Shown here: positions 35,334-46,726 of the stretch, piece after piece
Layout: the number at the start of each line of letters is the position of its first letter
Numbering within the stretch: position 1 is the first letter of the stretch
Origin: Octopus vulgaris
Taxonomy: Eukaryota
NCBI GenBank assembly: GCA_951406725.2
Contig: OX597830.1
Span: 2,728,001-2,792,000 of the forward strand
Length of the DNA: 64,000 bases
Direction of reading: 5' to 3'
Program-made: the position numbers and the translations under genes
Notes under the pieces: generated by a model
Seen by the model: the letters and a program-made list of their open reading frames with translations, nothing else
What the model was told of the DNA's origin: nothing
Databases searched by the model: none

Positions 35334-36314
35334 CATCAGACTAAAATATTCAATTGACTTTAAGTTCAAACTGGCCAAATCCTGCCTTTCACACTTGCCC
35401 TACAATGTCATTCTAAAAATAAATAATCACATCAACAAAATCTCAAAGCTACGAAGTGATGCAGGATTAATTCAAAACCATGCGGACAAATAAAAATTAC
35501 GTTTGATAAGATTAATTTGAAAGCTAAACAGTTGAGCTTGTTACCATAGTTTCAAGCTGATGTAGGACAAAACTTATGCACCCATGTTTGCATTATAATT
35601 TGTCAAGTCATTCTGATAGAATTTCTAGGATTGTGACACCTGAAATTTTTACCTATACTGTCTGTCCTCCATGCTGTTTGGTTTGGTTTATGCATTCCCG
35701 AGGAATCCATTATAACATTAAATTTTGGTGTAATTCACATTCAGCACTTTCATTGAAATTGGTAACCCTAATGCTAACCTTACCCCAGGATACAGATGTC
35801 ATTTCACTCTCCACAAGTTCATCCAATTGGTCTTTGACAGATGTTTGTTTACTTAATCCTGCTGGGTAACCATAATCCTTCTTCTCTTAGTAAACCCTGT
35901 AGGTGCCAGTTTTGTCATTGACCACTTGACCATCAGCAGAGTTGGATTACCTGGCTGCCAGTAACAGGATTCCATCAATCTGTCATGGAATTGGTCCTCA
36001 CTTGACAAATATTTTCATTGTAAGATGTACACTGAATACTATTTTCATTAACAACATCAGGAGCTTAACTTTTATGTCTTAGACTGTAATCTTCAATAAA
36101 TTTGATGGCATTCACCACCATTGTATTCAAAGAATTTACAGTTGCCACTGGACGTATTCTTTAAACATTAATAGTTGTGGATATTAGAAGTTCAGTATTT
36201 CAGGTCAATCAACTTCATTAACACAGAAACGCTGCTGTTGTTCATTTGCATTTTCTGAAAACTTGCTAAAATGCTCCAGGTGTAATTTCAGTGTTTTACA
36301 CTTGAATAAATATT

Positions 36315-36530
36315 GGTTCCAATCTTTAGCAAAAAGCCAGCAAGTGCTTGGGAATGGATAAGTCGATTACATCAACCCCAGTCCACAACTGGTACTTACT
36401 TTAGTGAACCTGAAAAGATGAAGGGCAAAGTTCGACCTTGGCAGCATTTAAATTCAGAATGCAAAAATGAATGAAATGCTGCTAAGCCTTTTTCACGCCA
36501 TGTGACCAATTCTGCCAGTTCACCACCTTA
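36315..36530 (-). mobile_element. SINE family B copy
   Basis: GTCGATTACATCAACCCCAG..ACTGGTACTTA..GATGAAGGGCAAAGT. Confidence 0.75.
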
Positions 36531-37287
36531 AATTAGACTTGAATGAATATTGTTTGACAACTCTAAAGAGCGAATCTATCAGAACAACTTCTAAACCTAT
36601 AAACACTTATGTTAAGACTATTTTGTCTCAGCTATTTTGTACACGTGTTCAATAAAAGTTATTAAAACTATATGAAATATTAATTACATATTGAGAGGAG
36701 AAGAAATCTGTGAATTCCTGCTGTCAAGGAAGAGTTAGCAATCACTGTTCATAGAAATATTTTGTTATAATAATTATGGCAGAGCTCTTGTTAAAATAAA
36801 CACTATTTCTATCTTATTTGGTTTTTATAATAAATTGTGAGTTTTCTTCTTTTTTTATACATATTTGCTTTAAATAGATAATACCATCTTCAAACTTTAG
36901 TTTCATTTTCAATTTTTACTTCAGATTTCTATCTAACACTAAACAAAATTTCTTATTTAATTATATTCAGACATTCCGTCTCCAAGCTTTCAACTCTCTT
37001 CCTTCTGTGTAGTCTTCATATTGTTTCTTATACTAACCATAATGGTTACCAGATAACAGAGAATACAAAATGTCTGTGTTTATTTCCTTGCTTAACCATG
37101 ATTTAATGCAGCTTTTGTCTATTGTTATTATTCCAATGAACTGCAGTTGGCATTATTTCTCTTTTTTTCCAGTTCAACTCTGAAAACAAAACAAAGCTGA
37201 CCTATCAGTTAAGGAAACTAACAAATCTTTCCAATATAATGCCATATGCTGGTACTTACCAAAATTTCTATTGTATTCCTCTTACAG

Positions 37288-37335
37288 AAATTGGGGAAGT
37301 TCTTAACTGGAACAATATTTATTGGCGGAGATTCT
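37288..37335 (+). other. Candidate 48-nt frame-preserving exon
   Basis: Acceptor TTTCTATTGTATTCCTCTTACAG, donor GTGAGT; two open frames (KLGKFLTGTIFIGGDS or IGEVLNWNNIYWRRF). Confidence 0.3.
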
Positions 37336-37631
37336 GTGAGTTATTTGGAAATGGCCAACAGTAAAATAAACATGTTAGGTTTCAGTGAATGAGAGAGTCT
37401 ATATATGGTGATTTGACCTGTTAAAAATAGCCGAAGAATCACCCTCAGACAGCACACTATAGTCATCAGAGTTGGCATCATCCCCATCACCACCACCACC
37501 ACCACCACCACCATCATCAGCAGCAGCAGCAGCATCATCATCATCATCAGCAGCAGCAGCAGCATCACTATTGTCATCATCATCTCCACCACCACCACCA
37601 CCATTGCAACTACCTATGTTAGAGGATCATA

Positions 37632-38596
37632 CAGGGTGTCCCCCCCCCCCCACCATAAAAAAAACAACCCACAAATCGTTGAAGAAAACTGTTAATTTTA
37701 CTTTTTCTTCTTTTCTTTTTCAGGGTCTACAAGTTGACTTTGTGCACGAAAGATTGGAACAATAGTCTACCCCAACATGTCTTGGTCAACGAAAGAAAAG
37801 ATATTTTTCCCGGAGGCCTATTTCACCAACAAATCCTACACTGCAGTGCGAGCAATAACGTTCATTGGGGTACATCCGCATCGGAGGAAGCGTTTCAGAG
37901 GTTGATACCCTCAGCAAAATGCACAGCATGGGTAGCATTCTCTAAACATGGCATCATCAGCCCATATTGGTTCAAAGAGGAAAATAAGAGAGCTCAAACA
38001 GTGGGTATGGAGCACTATGGGGGAAGGGCTGAGCAAGCTTTGGACATCACTGGGAAAACACAGAGGGACAGATCGAGATGAACAGTGGTTCCAGCCAGAT
38101 GGAGCCACCTCCCACCCTGCATCAAATGACTCCCTGGCCTGGCTTAGAGATCAATTTCAGGAGAGACTGATCAGCAGGAAGTGTGATGTTGAGTGGACAC
38201 CGGATTAACCGGTGGAGGAAGAAGAGGGGGTGAACCCCACCCAGATTTTTATCTGTGGGGGTAACTCAAGGATAATGTTTACCAGAACAACCCTCAAATG
38301 ATTGGTGAACTGAAAGCAGCAATCACAGCAGAAATCAGGGAAATCCCCAAAGAGGAATGTGTTTGAGTAATTGACAATTTTGTGCAGTGTATGCAAGTGT
38401 GCCTCCAATGCTGCGGAGGCCATTTGGAGCATGTTTTGAAAAGAACATGACTTTTATACAAAGGGAACGATCGTACACAGACAGAAGTTTAAGTCGATCA
38501 AATTAACAAGGAATTTGCTGCACCTTTGTAGGATTTAATAAAATTTTTATGGGTTCAGTTTGTTTTTTTTGTTTTTTTTTTGGGGGGGTCACCCTG
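37632..38596 (+). mobile_element. Internally deleted Tc1/mariner element (maT/DD37D-like) with TIRs and TA TSDs
   Basis: TA|CAGGGTG...CACCCTG|TA; remnants MSWSTKEKIF..EAYF, CTAWVAFSKHGIISPYWF, WFQPDGATSH, NPTPDFYLWG*LKDNVYQNNP, GGHLEHVL. Confidence 0.9.
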
Positions 38597-39264
38597 TATC
38601 TTATTCATATGTTTCGTCATTGCTAAAGCTGGATGCCTCTCCTAACACCAACGACTTTACACAATCTGTTTTATCACAGCACCACCACTAAGAGGTATTT
38701 CATGTCCTTCACAACACTAAAATGTCCTCTCTGCTCCTCATATTCTCGGCTTGTTTAACAAAATGCTCTTTTTCAAAGGGACATGGAGAATGAGGAATTC
38801 CAGAGGACAATGTTGTTTTATGTCAGCCTTTCTTATTTTTACATCCTTCAATGGAGGTTATCAAGTGAGGGGGTGCAGCTGATTCCCTTCTGTAGGACCT
38901 ATCGATTCTTGGTTATTTGCAAGAGCAAACAGCAGAAGAAATATGAAGAAAATTGTGGAGGCTGCAGAGAAATCCTATCAATGGCTCTGACTAAAAAGGA
39001 AGTGATTAGTGAGGTTAGCAGAAGGGTTAACTGAAGGCAGGGAGAAGCCGGATTATCCTTGGTTGGGCTGCCTGCATGAAAGAATATGATGTAAGCCTAG
39101 GCTTAGGAATAGAGGCTGCAGGGGATGTCATTGCACCCCCTAATATTTTGTGGGAGCAATGAATATCCTCCTGATAAACTTCATTGCTAAAACAAATTGT
39201 AGAAACATTTTTGGACTGATTTGAAAAAGTCATTTTGCCATTGTTGGAACAAATATTATAAAAA

Positions 39265-39692
39265 TGGTTTCAAATTTTAGTGTAAGGTCAGCAATTTCTG
39301 AACAGTGGTTGAGTCAATTACGTTGATCCCTGTGCTCGACAGGTTTGATTGACCCTGAAAAAATAAAAGGCAAAATCAACCATGACAAAATTTGAGCTCA
39401 GAACCTAAACTGGACAAGTTGCCAGTAAGCATTTTGCTCAGCTTGCTACCAATTCTGTCAGTTTGCCAATTTATACAAACATAAGAATAATCCTTTCTAT
39501 TAAAGACACAAGGCCAGAAATTGGGGTGGGGGACTAGTCAATTACATCGACACCAGTCTTTCACTGGAACTTAATCTATCAACACCGAAAAGTCAACCTC
39601 TACAGAATTTGAACTCAGAACGTGCAAACAGAATAAAAAACTCCGGAGAATTTAACAAGGTCTGCTAGCAATCCTGACAGCTTTTGCCACCT
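39265..39692 (-). mobile_element. Two tandem degenerate SINE family B copies
   Basis: GTCAATTAC.T.GA and AATTTGA.CTCAGAAC motifs occur twice (~39313/39390 and ~39537/39607). Confidence 0.7.
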
Positions 39693-40164
39693 CATACAAA
39701 TATAATAATAATAATTATTATTATTTTTATTCTTGTGTTTGTTTTGATAATAAAATTGATAAAATTCAACCTTGTTATAAAAAATTTTGGAGCTGGGTTT
39801 GCACTCTCAAAGCAAATGTCATTTCTACACTTCTGGATTTAAAATCTAAAACATGCAATGGTCAAACGATGCAACCCTGATGAGGCTATTCTCAAACATT
39901 CATTGGTTTATGAAGAATTTATATTCTTACTCTATTATAAGCAATTTTGTCAGTTTCATTGTCGTCATACAGCAAAAATACCTGTTGTATTCTGCTTGCC
40001 AGCTACAGTGTACCTTGGAGTATATTATCAAATGTGTTTTGTGTTTGTGAATATTGTTTATTCGAGTAAGTTGAAATACTGAAGGGAGGCTGCATTACTG
40101 CTTCATCAGTGTTAGATCTAATTACTCTGATGAATCAATGATTGATCGTGATTATGATGGCTGT

Positions 40165-40278
40165 GTTGTTGTTGGTGGTGGTGGCCGTGGTGGCGGCGGT
40201 GGCAGCAATAGCGGTGGCAGTGGTAGTGATGATGGTAATGATGATGATGATGATAATAGTAAAGACGATGTTGATGGC

Positions 40279-40327
<49 letters not shown>

Positions 40328-40440
40328 TCGACGACGACGATGACGATGATGATGATGATAACAATGGCAATGACACTGACGATGACGAGGAAGAGGGGGT
40401 GAAGGAGGAGGAGGTGATGGAGGAGAAGGAGGAGGTGGAG
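40165..40440. repeat. Compound (GGT)/(GAT)/(GAG) trinucleotide tract
   Basis: Direct reading. Confidence 0.95.
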
Positions 40441-40852
40441 GTTATGCTTGATTCAACTCTGTTTAAGCCAGAGAAAGATTAATGGGTTGTTATATAAATG
40501 TAAAAACTCTACAGAGAAATCTTTGCACTTAGTTAAAGTGAGAAGCTTACAAGTAAATTTCATTAAGAAACTGAGTCATGTCTGTGAGTGGCAAGAGAGA
40601 GAGAGAGAGAGACGAAGCTGTTGCTTTGTCTCAGTAGACAGCTTGTTGTTGTTGCTTTCCTTGTTTTTATTGGCACCTAGGTGAGTCCTGATTGAACAGA
40701 CTCATATTAACCAGGGAGAGAATCACTTAGAATTAATTTGGAGACACCTGTTGAAGCCTAACCAGGCTGGGCATTAAACAACAATCTCAACAGGAGACAA
40801 CAATGTTTAACCTGTTGGAGACCATATTTCTAATGATGGACTCAGCACAGTA

Positions 40853-41060
40853 TCATCACCATCATCATCGTCATCATTTAATGTCCATTTTCCAAGCTGG
40901 TACAGATTGGATGGTTTGAGAGGAGTTGGTAAGGATTGGAGCCTTACCAGATTCCATTGTCTGTTCTGACATGGTTTCTCACTCTGGATGCCCTTCTTAC
41001 TGTCAACCACTTTATAGAGTGCACTGGGTGCTTTTTATGTGGCACCAACACGGGAAAGAT
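40853..41060 (-). mobile_element. Degenerate RTE 3' tail
   Basis: (CAT)n TTTAATGTCCATTTTCCA..CTGGATGCCCTTCTTA..GGGTGCTTTTTATGTGGCACC. Confidence 0.75.
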
Positions 41061-44010
41061 AATGCCTGCATTAGCCAAGAGTCGAACCTGGATTGACTGC
41101 TTGGAAAGCATTGGTTCACCTAGGGCTATAACAGGAGACACACATCCCAAGTTGCTGAACGGTGAGTTGAAACCCAAACCACATGACTGTGAAGTGATCT
41201 TCATCCCCACACATCCATGCCTAGCTTCAGTTTCATTTGAGTTAATGTCTCTATAAATCCTGGCCAAATATGTAGCTTCTGAAATTATTGCAGTTGTTAT
41301 AAAGTAAAATATGTATTTTTATTAATTAAACTTTACAATGGAAGCTTTACCAAAGATGCATTAAATAAACTTGACATGTTAATAAGATTACAGTTTTTCC
41401 CGACATTTGACATGAGTAAACTTGTTTGTAATATTTATTGAATATTTATTTATCAAATGTTAAAAGGTCAATGACTTTTACATTGCACTAAAGTCAAATA
41501 TATTAACTATTCATGACTCACACATGTTCATGTACATGCACACACACACACACACACACACACATGCACAAAAGCACAGACTCAAACATACAACAAGCAA
41601 ACATCATGATGTACCTGCTAGAGCCCAGGCCAGCTCTGACTAAGTCTTCCAGTTCTTCCCCCAGGCATAGTAGACCTAGGACAGTATTATTTAAAGTATC
41701 ACTCGATATTCACAAATGAAATAAATTATTGTTTATTTTCTCTTATTCAAGGGTGATGTTTGATGCAAAAACTTTCATTTTCTTACTCCACAACTACCAA
41801 TATATATATATCCACACACACACACACACACATATACATGTTGTAGTACAGCACACAAATATTATTCAGTGTGTGTGTGTGTGTTTGTTTCTGCTTGTGT
41901 GTCTGTGTGTTATCATTAAGCATATCAGATATATCATACAGTATGAAAACCTTTCATTGTACATCCCTGATTTGGTTGCTTGTATTTTTTCTTCCCTGTA
42001 GTTCAGTTTGAAGTTGAAAAACACTTGCAAATGAGTGTCCTCTGTTTAAGAAATGCAGTTAGAAAGAAAAGAGTCCTGATATATTAAGTATAAAGTTTGT
42101 GAAAAATTTTTTGAATAAATTCCATGAAAAATACCAAAATTTGAAAATGTTCCAAGAATTATTTTCAAACTGGCCGATTGATCGTAGCCCCTTTTAACAC
42201 ATCATTGGAAGGCATTGTTCTTGTCAATGTTTTAGAATTTTAGTTATTTTAAACAAAGGACCAAAGTTTTAATAACTCTAAAACAAGAATGACAGAAAAT
42301 ATAATTGGCATAACTAGCAGAAAGTCAGGCTAAATGTTTTAGTTGCATTTCATTTATCATTCAGAATACAAATCTTATTGAGGTGTATTTTGCTTGTCAT
42401 GCCTCCAGCATCAATAAAAAGGGTACCAGACATATAATGGGGTTGATTAAATCAACTTTTCTCCTCTCTCATAATATTTGCTCTTAGGCTATTAAAAATC
42501 ATTTGATTGTTCTGGACAAAGTAAATTATATTAATAAATTGAGAAAATATAATACCAAACCTGCTTTAAAATAAAACGGTTAATAAGAAAAATTGTTTTT
42601 TTTAATACTCGTCTTTTATAAAAGTTTACAAACTTATTTTTCAAAAATGATGTTTCAAAGAAATGTGAAACCCTACAAGTTTGGGGCCCATAGCATCAAA
42701 CTAGTTTTGATCTTCTGTTAATCTGCCAATAACAATTTTTATTTAATCAATCAGAGAAAATGCAAATAACAAAGTCAATACTCACTGGAATTTGAATACA
42801 AAATATTGAAAACAGAATTCTAACACAGTCTAAATAAATAATTTTCTTCACAAACATCATTATTTTATGGAAGTTTATTGTGAGTGAAGTTTTCTTCCTA
42901 GTAACAATAATTTAGTTTCTATATTATTAAAGTTGACTTAAACTTGCCGGCATTAAAACTGGTGCAGCACACTAAATATAGGATCAAGTTCATTCTTCAT
43001 TCATTACAAGAAATCTGAACACTTTGAAATCACTTAAAGTACACCAGAACATTTCAACAACTCTACAAGAAGTCTATTTGAGAAGTTAACAATTAGCTGT
43101 AATCAGATTAGGCATTGTAAATGTGCCGCTTTCATTACAACTGACTAAAGTGAAGTTCGGAATATGGTAGAGATATAGGAATAGTTTTAATGTAATTTTT
43201 CTATTTGTAATGTAAGCTAATTCAATATCAGAGTGAAATGCTGAAGAATGTAATATTCCAATATTTTATGGATTTCTGAAGCTGGAAATGAAAACAGGTC
43301 GGCCAAAATTTATAGACAGAAATATTATAAGTAGTAGTCAGACGGCATTGATTTTGTGAAGCCAGTAGAGTCCATATCAGTGAATGTTGGTTAAAAGGAT
43401 GAATTTTAGTTGCCATGTATTTAGTATGTAACTGGACACCATATCATGGCTAAAGGGGTTACGGACAGCTCAATGCTCAGAGAAGAGCATTCAAAGATTC
43501 TCTTAAATTCTTTTATATGTTTAAATTGTTAAACTATGGAGCAACCTTACACAAATGTAAAATTACTTTAGCTGCAGATAAAGCAAATGTAGAATTTAAA
43601 TGATTTAGACATAATTAAAATTAGGGTTCTGATTAAACTAATTGTCAACAGGATTTAAATATGCTTAATCATATTCAATGAGGTAACTGTCCACAATCTG
43701 TAGGTGATGACCAAGAGTTGGGTGTTCTAAATTTCTTTGAGGGTCACAAAGACAGCAGGTTTTACTTTTGCCATATTTAATGTAATATAAAAGATTTATG
43801 AATAATTCATAGAAGACAAGGGTCACAGAACAGCATTTACTGTAAATAAAATTGAGTAAAAGTATAAATTATTTAGGTTATTTATTGAATAGAAAATATT
43901 TTAGGGAAGATTCTACTTTTCAAAGAGAAGTAAGAAAAAGAATCAAAATTTAAAGAAATGTGTTGTTAGTACGAGACCATCAAGTATTGTACCAAGTGGT
44001 TTTATGATTT

Positions 44011-44170
44011 GGTTCAAATTCCGCAGAGGTCGACTTTGCCATTCATCCTTTCAAGATCGATTAAATAAGTACCAGTTACGCACTGGGGTCGATATAATCG
44101 ACTTAATCCATTCATCTGTTCTTGTTTGTCCCCTCTATGTTTAACCCCCTGTGGGTAATAAAGAAATAGG
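44011..44170 (+). mobile_element. 5'-truncated SINE family B with perfect 17-bp TSD
   Basis: GGTTTTATGATTTGGTT at 43998-44014 and 44169-44185; body close to the 11460 copy. Confidence 0.92.
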
Positions 44171-45832
44171 TTTTATGATTTGGTTGAAACACATGACTGA
44201 GGGCAATTGAGAGAAATAGATATTTGTGAGCACTGCAGATCAGTTTGGTGGACATTAAATAAATAGTTGAGTGCTACAAGAGATGGGAGTAGAACCAAAG
44301 AAACCAAAACTGTTCAATAAATGAGATTTCAAATTAAGGGCTTTTGCCAACCATAGAAAGGATTCGATTAAATTATGAATTGTGTGTTGAAACATTCTTG
44401 GTTATTATCTTCTGTATCATTGTTATCAGCTCCTGGTGTCATTTTATTGAATTAAAGTCACTATGAAATAAAATTAGAGATGATGGGATGTGGGACAGTT
44501 TGAAAATCCCAATTGGAGAACTTTTTTTCCAGTTTTCTGGATATCTTCACAATATTTTATACATTAACTGGGCTTTTTCTTAACTTTATTTCAATCTTTA
44601 TTCAAATTACTAAGCTAACCTTATATTTCCAGTTTTCCTAATTTCTTAATTTCTTCTTTAAGAACCAAAATCTAATATGATTCTTAATTATTTCCTTTTC
44701 AAATTAATTTACATCAAATTTAAGGGTTATTTTGACTCAGTCTCATTTAAATTACAAACTTTCAACAAATAAATTAAAATATTATTTGCACTGTTATCTG
44801 GCACCAGACAGTCCTTCCACCCCAAAATGGAACTTCCACAGGCTACAAACCAATCCATACTTGACAAGTATATATAATGTATGTATAGAATAAACTCAAC
44901 AGAAAACAGTAAGACTTTCGTTTTATATAAATAAATATGTGGTGAATATTGCCTTCAGATGAAACAAATCAATCCGAGTGATAAACAAGAACTAATTAGA
45001 AGCAGAATTAAAGATTAGCATAGAAGCAAGATTAACACAAGAGTTAAGAAACTGTTAACCAATGCAATTTACAAATTTTCTTGCCCTACTGATAACCATA
45101 AACATCACTTTCCGTGTGGATGAGAGACATTGGTAATCAAAGCTTCTCACTAGAATATTCATAGAAATAAATTTGATAAGAAAAGTGACAATTATCTTCC
45201 AACATCTTTAAATTATAGACTTACACATACATGAGTTCAGGAACACACACACACACACACACACCAAAATATACATACAGAATTAAAGTATTGGAAGAAT
45301 TAACACTTCACAAAATAGATAGAATCTGATTTTAGGAAATTAAAAAGAAAAACAAGAATAAAAATTTAGAAATTTTGAAAATCAGATTTTTGCAACTAGT
45401 GTGTTCATAAATAAACAAAAACAAAATTTCTGATTCACAGTGTTATCATTGTAAATAGGAAGAGAAAATCTTTGCAATTTCAGACAAGTTTTAATTTTGG
45501 TTTAACAATTTTTAACTGAATTATCAAAGTCGACTGAAAACTAAAAGCATGGATTTCTTATTTTCTGCTGATCTGAGCAGATGCAATTAATTTGCTGAGA
45601 GAAGGAAAAAAATGCTATAACAACTAAAGATCATAAATTTGAAAAATTATGGCTGTTGTTTGTGTCAAATATGGCAACATTTTGGTTAGGTATAAGTTAA
45701 TGATAAAACTACTTAGAGACGCCATCCATCTTAACAATAATAAAGTTTGTGTTAATATATTTGATGAAGAAATCTTTAAAGACTTACTATTTAGATATGA
45801 ATAAGCATATGTCAGCAGGTATAGTAAAGTCT

Positions 45833-45876
45833 GTCTTTCTGATGAGGTCATAATAAGACTGAAACATGACCTAAGT
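45833..45876 (+). ncRNA. Degenerate hammerhead motif
   Basis: CTGATGA-GGTC ATAATAA GACT-GAAAC-ATGAC; cleavage triplet and stem I decayed. Confidence 0.45.
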
Positions 45877-46354
45877 TGTCTTCCTAAAATAATATAAACA
45901 ATTACAGTCTATCAAGAATATTACATTTATATCATTGAATTTGTAATTCTAGTTAGCTTTTTTAAATGTTTTGTGTAATAAAAATCAACTCCAACTTAGT
46001 TATAACTTAAACTGAGCTTCATTAAATAACGAAACAAACACAAAAAAAATACTTGCTCCTCTTTAACATATTTTTGCATCTTGTTCTTTCTTTACAAACA
46101 TCAAGAAAAGTTTCTGTTTATGTGAATCATCCTCACATCACCATTAATATCTCTGTTCCATGCTGGTATGAGTTGAATGCTTTGACAAGATCTGTTGGGA
46201 CCAAGGATTACATTATGATCTCCTGCCTGCTTTGTCATGGTTTCTATGGCTTAGATGCCCTTCCTGATGCCACTGTATCTTGCTGGAGTTGTCTGACACT
46301 GTCATAGCTACAGTTATTTCCAAGTGAGTCCCTGTTTTTTGTTTCATGATAATA

Positions 46355-46726
46355 TCTCTATATATATAAACGGCAAAATGTCTGTGTGTGTGTGTGCATG
46401 TCCTTCATACAAATCCACAATTTTTCAGTTAGAGGGCTCGCACTTTCTATGGTCATTCAAACCCGTCCAAGGGTGGTCATGCACATCTTGACATTTCCCC
46501 AGTCACCCTGCAAAGCCATTAAAAACTCAATAGAAGTGACTTTTTTGTGAATTTTCTATCCAAAACCCAATCAAAATGCCTGAAACGTGATACACCAATT
46601 GAATGACAGCTAGCTGTATGTGATTGGTTGGAGATTTGGACAGTACTCACATGTATGTGTGCACGCATGCAGCTGTATATGCATGCACTAGCACTATGAC
46701 CCGGCATTGCTGGGTCAGAGTGCTAG
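46355..46726 (+). mobile_element. Non-autonomous Helitron
   Basis: A|TC 5' end (TCTCTATATATATAAA), (TG)n, subterminal hairpin TGACCCGGCATTGCTGGGTCA, CTAG|T 3' end, no TSD. Confidence 0.85.

Noticed and set aside
39873-39910. AACC-CTGATGA-GGCTATTCTC-AAAC..GGTT hammerhead-like motif
   Set aside because: GAAA box and cleavage site lost; possibly a decayed relic but unsupported
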